From the NCBI GenBank assembly GCA_050287085.1, contig JBNKBE010000012.1:125773-189772 (forward strand): DNA of 64,000 nucleotides, in the 5' to 3' direction. Below the pieces are notes generated by a model that was given only the letters and a program-made list of their open reading frames with translations, did no database searches and had not been told where the DNA came from. Made by a program: the position numbers and the translations under genes. The DNA is from Polyangiaceae bacterium. Its GTDB lineage: Bacteria; Myxococcota_A; Polyangia; Polyangiales; Polyangiaceae. Positions 8,709 through 17,570 of this stretch are shown here, piece by piece; position 1 is the stretch's first letter, and every line of letters starts with the position of its first letter.

Positions 8709-10673
8709 ATGTGTGGAATTACAGGTTTCTGGCAGGTAGGTGGCCTCGGGGCAAACGATCACGAGAACCTGACGCGTATGCTCGCTACACTGCACCATCG
8801 CGGTCCCGACGGCAGCGGGCGCTATCACGATGACGCGCTAGGCCTCGCCATTGGACACACTCGCCTCACCATCATCGATTTGCACACCGGCAAGCAGCCA
8901 TTGATCGCTCCGGATCGCGCCCAGGTGTTCTCAGCCAACGGCGAATTCTACAACTACAAGGAAATGCGAGCGGAGTTCGCTCGCAGCGGCGTGGACTTCG
9001 AAACCAAGAGCGACAGCGAGGTCGCTCTCTATGCGTATCGGCGCTACGGCGACGCGTTCTTCGAACACCTTCGTGGCGAGTTCGCAATCGCGCTATTCGA
9101 CTACCAGAAGCAAGAACTGCTGCTGGTCAGAGACCGCTTTGGTGTCAAACCACTCTACTACCATGCGACGGACGAGCGTTTGGTCTGGGGGTCCGAGGTA
9201 AAAGCCATTCTCGCTAACGACAAGGTGCCCAGAAGTCTCGACTTCAAGTCTGCGCTCAACCAAATGATGCAGACCATGGTGCCCGGCACAACAGCCTTTT
9301 CTGGTGTGCGAACACTGCTGCCTGGACACTTTCTACGAGTGCGCCGCGAGGGCCACCGACTGGTTGCGCGTGAGCATCGCTACTGGGATATGAACTTCCC
9401 TGACGCCGAGGCACACGAGGAAGCACTCGAACCGCAGGTCTACATCGACCGCACTGCTGAGCAATTGATCGATGCGATTCGAGTACGGCTCGAGGCGGAC
9501 GTTCCAGTGGGCTGCTACCTGTCGGGTGGCATCGACAGTTGCTCGATCCTGGGGCTCGCCACGGCGATGCAGCAATCGCCCGTCAAAGCCTTCACGATAA
9601 GCTTCGAGCACAAAGCCTACGACGAAAGCCATATCGCAACCGAGATGGCTCAGAAAGCCAAGGCGCAACAGGAGATTCTACGACTATCGGCAAGAGAGCT
9701 CTACGGACCGGCCTACGTTAAGACTCTATGGCATGCGGAGCGCACATTCTACAACACGCTGGGAGTTGCCAAATGGCACATGAGTCGGCGCGTTCGAGAA
9801 TGCGGCTACAAGGTCGTCGTAACCGGTGAAGGCTCCGACGAGATGTTTGCTGGCTACCCCTTCTTCAAGCGCGACTACTTCGCTCACGCGCCAGAGGCGA
9901 AGGGGGATGCCGCGGAGCTGGCACGGCGTATGGACGCCAGCAATACCCTCTTCAAGGGTGCGATCCTTGCTGAGGAAGCGACTCACCACGATGCTGCCGC
10001 GGATGTCATGGGGTTTACCCCTTCGTGGATTCAACCGTGGATCCTTACGCTGGCAGCAGCGCGACCGCTGCTTTCAAAGACAGCCACTGAAGCCCTCGCA
10101 GAGTACGATCCAGTCGCGGCCGTGTTCGAAACGCTCGACCCCGAACAGTTGCGAGGACGCCATCCGCTGGACAAGGTTCAGTATAGCTGGATCAAGACGA
10201 TGCTCGAAGGCCAGATCCTCACCTGGGGGGGTGATCGAGTCGATATGGCCAACTCGATGGAATCACGTCCAGCATTTCTCGATCATCACCTCGCGGAGAT
10301 GGCACGCAACATTCCACCGAAATACAGAATCCGGGGTGGCGTCGAAAAGTGGGTCTTGCGCGAAGCTATGCGTGGCGTGTTGCCCGAGGTGCTCTACAAG
10401 CGAGAGAAGTTCGCCTTCATGGCTCCGCCCGCACATACCGAGAAGCGGCAAAACAGTGTCTTGGACGACCTTATCGAAGAACGTCTCTCACACGCCGCAA
10501 TCGAGTCCCTGGGCTTCTTCGACGCGAGCGCAATCGATGCGTTTCTTGCAGCCCGCAAGCAGGAGACTGACCCGGCACGGCAGACTCGCAACGATATTCT
10601 ACTCAACCATACATTGGGCCTTCAGGTGCTGCATCAAGAATTTGTGGAGGCCCCGCGAGGCGCCGTGCTGTAG
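8709..10673 (+). CDS. asnB: Asparagine synthase-like glutamine-hydrolysing amidotransferase (class II GATase + ATP-pyrophosphatase domain)
   Basis: N-terminal MCGITG, HRGPD, RLTIIDL, NGEFYN, SDSEV, RDRFGVKPLYY, LSGGIDS, TGEGSDE. Confidence 0.9.
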   Translation: MCGITGFWQVGGLGANDHENLTRMLATLHHRGPDGSGRYHDDALGLAIGHTRLTIIDLHTGKQPLIAPDRAQVFSANGEFYNYKEMRAEFARSGVDFETKSDSEVALYAYRRYGDAFFEHLRGEFAIALFDYQKQELLLVRDRFGVKPLYYHATDERLVWGSEVKAILANDKVPRSLDFKSALNQMMQTMVPGTTAFSGVRTLLPGHFLRVRREGHRLVAREHRYWDMNFPDAEAHEEALEPQVYIDRTAEQLIDAIRVRLEADVPVGCYLSGGIDSCSILGLATAMQQSPVKAFTISFEHKAYDESHIATEMAQKAKAQQEILRLSARELYGPAYVKTLWHAERTFYNTLGVAKWHMSRRVRECGYKVVVTGEGSDEMFAGYPFFKRDYFAHAPEAKGDAAELARRMDASNTLFKGAILAEEATHHDAAADVMGFTPSWIQPWILTLAAARPLLSKTATEALAEYDPVAAVFETLDPEQLRGRHPLDKVQYSWIKTMLEGQILTWGGDRVDMANSMESRPAFLDHHLAEMARNIPPKYRIRGGVEKWVLREAMRGVLPEVLYKREKFAFMAPPAHTEKRQNSVLDDLIEERLSHAAIESLGFFDASAIDAFLAARKQETDPARQTRNDILLNHTLGLQVLHQEFVEAPRGAVL

Positions 10674-10784
10674 TCAGCATAGAGCAGCGCCAGACAGACG
10701 CGGTCCCGAGCGCGCTCCTTTCGCGTCAACGCGAGCCGCAACGTGATGCCGCGGCGTTTTTGAGATCGATTCCAAGACGAGACA

Positions 10785-12020
10785 ATGCTGAGCATAAACA
10801 TGAAGCGACTGCAGCGAGATCTCGAGGAGCTCGCTGAAATTGGCCGCCGCGGAGACACAGGCATCTACCGCATTGCGTTGAGCGACGAGGACATGCAGGC
10901 GCGTCAGTGGCTGCAAGACAGGTTGTCGGACGCAGGCCTCCACTGGGAAGTCGACCCAGCGGCGAATATCTGCGGCAAACTCAATTGCGTGCCAGGAGAG
11001 CCCAACGTCTTGACGGGCTCGCATCTCGACACCGTACCGAGCGCCGGACATTTGGACGGAGCCTTGGGCGTCGTTGCCGGACTTGAATGCTTGCGCACGC
11101 TCTCCGAACAAGGCTTTGTTGGCAAGCGCGGTATCGAAGTCGTCAGCTTCACCGATGAGGAGGGTCGCTTTGGCGGAATGCCAGGCTCGCAGGCGATCGC
11201 CGGAAAACTCACTCCCGAATCGGTCTACTCAGCAAAAGATCTCAGCGGCGTGAGTCTGGCTGAAGCGCTTGAAGCGCGCGGGTTCATCCCCCTTCACGTG
11301 TTGCGCGCAGCGCGAGGGCGCGGCAGCGTCCATTCCTTCGTGGAGCTCCACATCGAGCAAGGCCCTGTGCTCGACAGTCAGGGGCTAGACATTGGTATCG
11401 TCACGGGCATCGTCGGCCTCGTGAAGTGGAAGGTAACACTGACAGGACAAGCCAACCACGCGGGAACAACGCCTATGGCGCTACGACGTGACGCATTTCA
11501 AGGTCTGGCCGAGTTCTCTCTGAGTCTTGATTCGATTCTGCGGAAACACGGCGATCCGAACAGTGTTGCCACGATTGGCCAAGTTAGCGTCAAACCAGGC
11601 GCCCCCAACGTGGTTCCCGCTCGAGCTGAGTTCTCCCTTGAGATCCGCGACATCAACAGTGAAGCGCTGGAGCGCCTCGCCGCCGCCATACGGCAACATC
11701 TCCGCGAAATCGCAGACCGACGCCGGCTGAGACTCGACTTCGCGGTATTGAGTGAGATCGCGCCTGTGCCCTGTGCCGAATCGGTCATGCAGACAATTGT
11801 CAGCGTCGCGCACGAGCTCGGACTGCGCGGGCAGCGTATGCCGAGCGGGGCCGCCCACGACGCGCAGCAAATGGCTTCACTGGCTCCAACCGGGATGATC
11901 TTCATTCCGAGCAAGGACGGGCGCAGTCACTCTCCGGCTGAATGGTCAAGCTGGGAATCGATCGAGGCAGGGACCAATGTACTGCTGAATACTTTGGTCA
12001 GCCTGGCTGAAGCCCCCTAG
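10785..12020 (+). CDS. Zn-dependent M20 amidohydrolase (N-carbamoyl-L-amino-acid hydrolase / allantoate amidohydrolase family)
   Basis: GSHLDTVP, DGALGV, FTDEEGRFG, ELHIEQGP, NHAGTTPM, SGAAHDA, SHSPAEW. Confidence 0.92.
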   Translation: MLSINMKRLQRDLEELAEIGRRGDTGIYRIALSDEDMQARQWLQDRLSDAGLHWEVDPAANICGKLNCVPGEPNVLTGSHLDTVPSAGHLDGALGVVAGLECLRTLSEQGFVGKRGIEVVSFTDEEGRFGGMPGSQAIAGKLTPESVYSAKDLSGVSLAEALEARGFIPLHVLRAARGRGSVHSFVELHIEQGPVLDSQGLDIGIVTGIVGLVKWKVTLTGQANHAGTTPMALRRDAFQGLAEFSLSLDSILRKHGDPNSVATIGQVSVKPGAPNVVPARAEFSLEIRDINSEALERLAAAIRQHLREIADRRRLRLDFAVLSEIAPVPCAESVMQTIVSVAHELGLRGQRMPSGAAHDAQQMASLAPTGMIFIPSKDGRSHSPAEWSSWESIEAGTNVLLNTLVSLAEAP

Positions 12021-12150
12021 TGCCCCGACACCCAGGACCGTGAGGTCGACGGCCGGCCGCGGCACTCCCCGGCCTGGCTGCCATGGAAGCTGCTATACTC
12101 CTCCCCTATCGGGTCGCGCGCCGCAGCCGGCTGGCACCGACTTTCTCCTC

Positions 12151-12894
12151 ATGACTCAAAAGCAATTCGACAATATAGACCCGCTGCGCGACGCGTATCG
12201 GACCCACCTCACAGACGCCCATGAGGTGGAAATCGCGATTCGACAAGACCACGTCGCCCTGCTCTGTATCGACATGCAGTACTTGGACGCCGCTCGTGGG
12301 TGGGGGGTGTTCGCCCCTGGCCCGCAGGCGGTAGTACCGCCACAGGCCGAAGACTACTACTTCGAACGTCTCGAGAGCCTTGCATTGCGCAACGTGCGGC
12401 GATTGCAAGACGCATTCAGACGGCAACGTCTGGAAGTGATCCACACCCGCATTCGCTCTCTGACGCAGGATGGTCGCGATCGCGGCCCCGGACACAAGCG
12501 CCTGGGCCTACATGCCGCTCCAGGGTCAAAAGAAGCCGAGTTTCTCGAAGAAGTCGCTCCGCGGGGAGATGAAATCGTCCTCAACAAGACGGCCAGCGGA
12601 GTCTTCGTATCGACCAATCTGGAATACGTATTGCGAAATTTAGAAGTCAACGCCCTCTACATCGTTGGGGTCTACACCAACGAGTGTGTCGAAACCACCG
12701 CAAGAGACGCCAGCGACCTCGGCTTCTTCACAACCGTCATCGAAGACGCCTGTGCCACGGTAACACCTGAACTTCACAACTCATCCCTAAACACACTGCG
12801 GGATCGCTACGCACGCATCCTGTCCACTGATGCCGCCATTCGGGAGATCGAAGCGTATCGAGGCCGGGCAAGCGTGGCGCCACCGGGCCTTTGA
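12151..12894 (+). CDS. Cysteine hydrolase (isochorismatase-like amidase)
   Basis: D-K-C triad context: IDMQ, NKTASGVF, GVYTNECVETT..DASDLGF. ATG 12151 chosen as start. Confidence 0.88.
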   Translation: MTQKQFDNIDPLRDAYRTHLTDAHEVEIAIRQDHVALLCIDMQYLDAARGWGVFAPGPQAVVPPQAEDYYFERLESLALRNVRRLQDAFRRQRLEVIHTRIRSLTQDGRDRGPGHKRLGLHAAPGSKEAEFLEEVAPRGDEIVLNKTASGVFVSTNLEYVLRNLEVNALYIVGVYTNECVETTARDASDLGFFTTVIEDACATVTPELHNSSLNTLRDRYARILSTDAAIREIEAYRGRASVAPPGL

Positions 12895-12950
12895 CTCCGA
12901 GCATCGAATTGGGCCAGAAGCGACCCACATACTGACAACGACGCGGCTAT

Positions 12951-13033
12951 CAACAGCAGACTTACCAACGGCAGACTTACCAACGGCAGACTTACCAACG
13001 GCAGACTTACCAACGGCAGACTTACCAACGGCA
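12951..13033. repeat. Intergenic tandem repeat, 15-bp unit CAACGGCAGACTTAC, 5 copies plus a partial
   Basis: Read directly; the first copy has one mismatch (CAACAGC...). No spacers. Confidence 0.97.
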
Positions 13034-13043
13034 CAGTAAGGTG

Positions 13044-14354
13044 ATGAGTACCGGGCACGCACTTCGCTTCGCTTCACTGCTCGCGTCGATGACCATCGCA
13101 TGGCTCATGGTCGCCTGTGAACAACGTTCAGAGCAACTCGAAGAGCTAGGCATCGACGAGCAAGAAGCGCGGCGGATCCTGGCCGAGATCGCTGCAAGGA
13201 GCGCGAGCGCTAGCGCCGCGCTACCGCCCCCTCCCGCGCCACCGAAAGCGAAGATGGCAGGCAAAGAGGAGGCGCAAGCACCAGAACCGGCCAAGACCAG
13301 CAGTCAACGCTGGGTCGTCGATGAGATGGTGGATATTGCGCCGGCTGCACCCCTTGCCACCCATGCTCGAGGCGTATTCCTCCTGGATGCACAAAACCGA
13401 CTCTGGCTCGCGAAGTTGGGCTCCTTGCAACACCGCAAGAAGCCGGGCCCCTCACCCGTAGCGGCCATCCCCGACAACGACGTGCGCTTCGCGCTGGGAC
13501 GCGGTCCAAGCATTGCTGGCGACTACGCCTATTGGGTCCGCGAACACTACTTGCTGCGTCGCCCAATCGTTCCCCCTTATGAACCTCTCGAGGTGCTCGC
13601 AGACGATGCTCGCGTGGGAACCCGGGCAAGTGCTCTGAGTGCGTTTCTTGGGGGGAAGAAGAGAAACTGGGTGGTCTACGTCGCGTTCCCGCCGACCCGA
13701 GGGGGACCGCTTCGAGCCAAGCTCTGGCATGGCAACGATCGACATCTGGTCCTGACGCCAGATGGCAGTTCGACCCTCAACGCGCAGCTTGTCCTTGCTG
13801 GCAATGAAGCGCGTGTCTTCTCCCTAGAAGCTCGCACCGGCATGAGCTCGGTTCACTCACGCAGGGTGGTTGCCACTCATGATCTGCCAGTGCTGGGTGA
13901 AGACCAAGTAGTTTGGGTCGGCGGAAGTGCCAACGGCCTCAGCGAACTCCGTGCGTTTGGATCCAGCAGCCAAGATGTATTCGGACTGCTGCCGATCGAA
14001 AAGGACATGGCCCATTTCGGCATGGCTGTCTTGTCCTTCAACCTGACCGAACCCCCAGCCCCGGCGGAAATCGCATGGGCCGATTTTCAGAACGGTTTGG
14101 ATCCAGCGCCTGTGGATGCCGCCCGTGTGTGCGGTACGCAGAGCGCCCTGTACGCTCGTCCGCAGACGGCAGAGCCCCACGGCCCTCAAGAGCTGGTGCT
14201 AGCCGAGCTGAAGAATGGAAGACCCGAGCCCGGAATAGTGCTCGCCCGCTCCAAGGCCTTCTACGACTTGTCGCTGGTATCGCTCAAGGGCGGCGCGCTC
14301 TTGGCCTACGTCGCCGACCACCGCTCCTGGGCTCAGACGGTCCGCTGCAGATAG
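13044..14354 (+). CDS. Hypothetical lipoprotein
   Basis: Signal peptide with lipobox-like MVAC, Pro/Ala-rich linker and a beta-rich C-terminal domain. Confidence 0.7.
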   Translation: MSTGHALRFASLLASMTIAWLMVACEQRSEQLEELGIDEQEARRILAEIAARSASASAALPPPPAPPKAKMAGKEEAQAPEPAKTSSQRWVVDEMVDIAPAAPLATHARGVFLLDAQNRLWLAKLGSLQHRKKPGPSPVAAIPDNDVRFALGRGPSIAGDYAYWVREHYLLRRPIVPPYEPLEVLADDARVGTRASALSAFLGGKKRNWVVYVAFPPTRGGPLRAKLWHGNDRHLVLTPDGSSTLNAQLVLAGNEARVFSLEARTGMSSVHSRRVVATHDLPVLGEDQVVWVGGSANGLSELRAFGSSSQDVFGLLPIEKDMAHFGMAVLSFNLTEPPAPAEIAWADFQNGLDPAPVDAARVCGTQSALYARPQTAEPHGPQELVLAELKNGRPEPGIVLARSKAFYDLSLVSLKGGALLAYVADHRSWAQTVRCR

Positions 14355-14389
14355 CGGAGGAACCCGCCTGAAGCTTCTGCGGTACCGCC

Positions 14390-14731
14390 CTAGCTGGTGG
14401 TGACTCGGACTACCTCGCTGCCCAACAGCGCGAGCGAGGCAATAGCCGTTGCAATCTTCGCTCGTCGCGCCGCGGCGGGCGCTGCACTACTCGCTGCGCC
14501 AGGCATGAGCGCCTTGCGCGTCGCAACCAAGCCAATGACTGCGGCCCCCACTCCGAGGCCGCGCGCAGCCACCGCCACGGAGGGTGCTCCTATGCCCACC
14601 ATCGACAGAAGTAGCACCGGCGCCCCAAGGGCCGCCGGAATGAGAGCGGTCTTGCTCGCTCGAGCTGAACCATAATACCCAACTACGCCGATGGCGACGA
14701 GCGAGGCTCCGAACAGTGCGGGCGCTATCAT
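14390..14731 (-). CDS. Small multi-pass membrane protein
   Basis: MIAPALFGASLVAIGVVGYY...SKTALIPA, 3-4 hydrophobic segments. The longer ORF in the track runs through the repeat element and the upstream gene. Confidence 0.6.
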   Translation of the reverse strand: MIAPALFGASLVAIGVVGYYGSARASKTALIPAALGAPVLLLSMVGIGAPSVAVAARGLGVGAAVIGLVATRKALMPGAASSAAPAAARRAKIATAIASLALLGSEVVRVTTS

Positions 14732-14789
14732 TCGCCTCGAATCGCGCCTTTCGGTTGACCCTGTCAAGCTCTTTGCGCCGGGCGGAAGC

Positions 14790-14945
14790 CTTGATCGGAG
14801 GAGCGGGGAGCGAGCTTGCTCGCGCCCCGCGCTTTGGGGTTCGGCCGGTGGGAGGGGGTTCGGCTTTGGGAGGCCGGTTGCAGCACCGCCGTGCTGATAA
14901 GCTTGCGCACGACAGCGAGGGCAACGGTTCGGTCGGGACCGGGAT
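14790..14945 (-). repeat. Dispersed ~155-bp structured non-coding element, copy 1
   Basis: Its reverse complement aligns by eye with 37024-37184 along the whole length. Confidence 0.9.
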
Positions 14946-14951
14946 GCCCTT

Positions 14952-15755
14952 CTACTCCCGGGCAGCGAGAAGCTCCGCGCTTGCGAACTCGTTGTAGCTG
15001 TCGAAAATGGGAAAGGTCGTTTCGGTCGCTCCCAGGAGCGTAGCCAATTCCGACCCGGCATGAGTCTGCAGGTTGGTATTGGCCACGCCGAAATGAATGT
15101 TCGGAAAGGTCGAACGCATCTTGACCCGACCCTTGGGGCCGTCCTCCCACCACGTGGCCACAAATGATGTCGAAGTCACATCTGGTGCGTTCACTCCAGC
15201 CGTCGCAGTATAGGGTGCCCCATTGGGCTTGAACGCTCGAACGACGAGCTGACTTTCGCCTTGTCCCCAGACGGCCTCGAACTCGAGACGCGGGTCCAGC
15301 TTCGCCGTCACACCAAGGCGCCGAAGGCCTGCCGCGAGGCCCGCATTGTTGGTCGAAAAGTACAGCGCGTAGTTGTTGAGATCGGCGCTTGGGTCCGGAC
15401 CCGGACCGCCGTCAGCCGAGCTCAGATTGATCCCCACTTGAGATACGATAGCCGCTCCTGTTGAACGCCCGTCGACCCAAACGTCGTCGCAATTGGCAAC
15501 CCGAAGCACAAGCAGCGCCACCGCGCCTCCGCCCGCAACGGTGTACGCCACCGGCACCCGAGCCCCAATCGCAGCGGGCTCCACCGGCGCAATGCTGGCA
15601 ATCTCCGAACAATCGTTGAACGTCACCTCCGTTCGGGCCTGTGACAGAGCGGCCCCAAGGTGTCCGAATCCAGGTTCGGTCATCACATCCTCGCCTCCGC
15701 AGCCCGACAGCCAAGCCAAGCTACTCACGCCGACGGCCATTTTCCAAAGTCGCAT
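14952..15755 (-). CDS. Hypothetical lipoprotein (possibly acetoacetate-decarboxylase-like fold)
   Basis: Lipobox LSGC after a hydrophobic signal. The fold suggestion is weak. Confidence 0.65.
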   Translation of the reverse strand: MRLWKMAVGVSSLAWLSGCGGEDVMTEPGFGHLGAALSQARTEVTFNDCSEIASIAPVEPAAIGARVPVAYTVAGGGAVALLVLRVANCDDVWVDGRSTGAAIVSQVGINLSSADGGPGPDPSADLNNYALYFSTNNAGLAAGLRRLGVTAKLDPRLEFEAVWGQGESQLVVRAFKPNGAPYTATAGVNAPDVTSTSFVATWWEDGPKGRVKMRSTFPNIHFGVANTNLQTHAGSELATLLGATETTFPIFDSYNEFASAELLAARE

Positions 15756-16000
15756 CGTTCTCAGCATTCCTTCCACGATTGACGAGGGTTTGCCTCCATG
15801 CCGCCGCGCAGTGACACACCGCGCCCCTCAAGTCCATACAGCACCGGACTCGACTGTCGCCGTCGCACAACGACGCCACGAGGCCCCATAGAGGTAGCGC
15901 ATGCGGGTAGTGCACGCCACTCACCCAGCGTGGTAGCATGCACCAAGGTGCGATGAGCCCTCAGGCGTCTGGAAATGGCCGACATCAGGAACATACCAGG

Positions 16001-16399
16001 TCAGAGATCCCCTTCGAAGCTTGCCCAGGCGGCATGCGATTCATGGAGGGTTACCTTCATCGATACAAGTGCATCGCTACCCGGCCCGAGGCGGCCCCCG
16101 GCGATCGCCGCTTGCATGCGGTCGAACACCGTGCGCGCCATATATTCCGTCGTGGTGTTTTGTCCGTGCAGCGCTTCAAGGTCGTCCAAGTTCTTGAAGT
16201 TGAACTCACCGACAATTGCCTTGAGCGTTTCCCCGGCGCGGCCAATATCCACGACCACGTTGTTGGGGTCTAGAGTTGCACGCCGGAACTCGACGTCAAC
16301 CACGTAGGTCGCTCCGTGAAGGGCCTGAGCCGGGCCAAATAGCTCCCCACGAAAGCTGTGGGCGATCATCATGTGTTCACGAACGCAGACTGTATACAT
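16001..16399 (-). CDS. 6-pyruvoyl-tetrahydropterin synthase homolog (COG0720, PTPS-IV-type signature)
   Basis: MIAHSF...FGPAQALHGATY, NLDD, NTTTE, LHESH. Lacks the QueD CxxxHGH motif. Confidence 0.85.
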   Translation of the reverse strand: MYTVCVREHMMIAHSFRGELFGPAQALHGATYVVDVEFRRATLDPNNVVVDIGRAGETLKAIVGEFNFKNLDDLEALHGQNTTTEYMARTVFDRMQAAIAGGRLGPGSDALVSMKVTLHESHAAWASFEGDL

Positions 16400-16460
16400 T
16401 GCTCTTCCTTTTTTGAGACGCCGGAGGCGCTGCTATTGGGTGCTTTCCCATTGGCGGGTC

Positions 16461-17567
16461 CTAAGCACCAATCGTTTGGAGTACGTCGTAGCGAAACGAG
16501 GCGGCAGCCTGGTGCCAAGTAGCTAGCTTTCGGGCGAATTCGTGAGCGCCGCGAGACAACGCGGCTCGCCGCTCAACGTGGCTAATGCAGTCAAGATGAG
16601 CCGACAGTTGCGCCACATCCCCGACGGGTGCCAACAAACCCGTCACCCCTGCGTCCACGATGTCGACAACCCCCCCCGCGGCATAAGCCACCACGGGCAG
16701 CGCTGCGGCGGCAGCCTCAACCAATACAAGCGGGTAGTTCTCGGTATAGCTCGGGTGTAGCAACACATCCGCTCGCGCCATATGGTCGCGCACCTCCACG
16801 GGCGAGCGTTGCCCCACAAAGTGCACAGCAAGACTGGCGGTATTCGAACGAGCTTTCAACTCCGCGACGAAGCCGGGCTCCAGCTCACAATTGCCAATGA
16901 CCGTCCAACGTAGCTCACGCCGAGCAAGGCGTCGCAGCGCCTCCACCGCGTCAAGCAGCCCCTTGTTTCGCGCCACTGCTCCTACCGTGAGAATCTGCAA
17001 AGGCCCCGCCACGCGGTCTGCACTAGGCCTCGCTGGAGACCGCTGCCCCTCGATGCCCGGATAGGCTACGACAAAGCGGGTCTGCGGCAACAGGGAGCTG
17101 AGCTCACGCGCTAGATAAGGACCCGGCAATACGACCAGGTCTGCTCGGGCCAAGAGCTCCAATTCGCCGGGCTCCGGTGCGAGCAGGAGCTCCGGCCCGG
17201 GCTGGGTAACCTGCGCCGCAACCCTGACGAAGGAGGGCAGGGCGTGCAACAAGACTCCGAAGTGCACCTGCGCTTGGTGGGCTTGCTCTTGGATGAACTC
17301 AAAGGGCCCAGATTCCAGAAAGAGCGAGTCAACCAACCAGACGTCGCCGCGTCGCGAATTCGTGGCCTGCAGGGTAGACCTCCAGAGCGAACGATCCACG
17401 CCCAAGCCAACGCGCTCGACTCCTGATCCACTGCGAGCGATCTCCCGATTGTAGCGATAGCCGCCACTCAGGTGCCCGGTCGCACTGGGCTCAATCAGGA
17501 CGATATGCGGTGTGGTTCGGGGGCTGGCAACTCCACCCGAGAAGGGCTCAACACCACGAGGAGTCAT
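16461..17567 (-). CDS. Glycosyltransferase family 4 (GT-B)
   Basis: SGGYRYN, NKGLL, ADVLLHPSYTENYPLVLVEAAAAALPVV, TGLL. Confidence 0.88.
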   Translation of the reverse strand: MTPRGVEPFSGGVASPRTTPHIVLIEPSATGHLSGGYRYNREIARSGSGVERVGLGVDRSLWRSTLQATNSRRGDVWLVDSLFLESGPFEFIQEQAHQAQVHFGVLLHALPSFVRVAAQVTQPGPELLLAPEPGELELLARADLVVLPGPYLARELSSLLPQTRFVVAYPGIEGQRSPARPSADRVAGPLQILTVGAVARNKGLLDAVEALRRLARRELRWTVIGNCELEPGFVAELKARSNTASLAVHFVGQRSPVEVRDHMARADVLLHPSYTENYPLVLVEAAAAALPVVAYAAGGVVDIVDAGVTGLLAPVGDVAQLSAHLDCISHVERRAALSRGAHEFARKLATWHQAAASFRYDVLQTIGA

Positions 17568-17570
17568 CCC

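Noticed and set aside
12951..13033. Possible CRISPR array
   Set aside because: Units are 15 bp, head-to-tail with no unique spacers, and there are no cas genes.
14790..14945. Classical MITE/IS remnant
   Set aside because: No terminal inverted repeats or target-site duplication are evident; kept as a structured repeat instead.
16001..16399. Calling the gene queD
   Set aside because: It lacks the catalytic CxxxHGH motif, and no queC/queE genes are adjacent.
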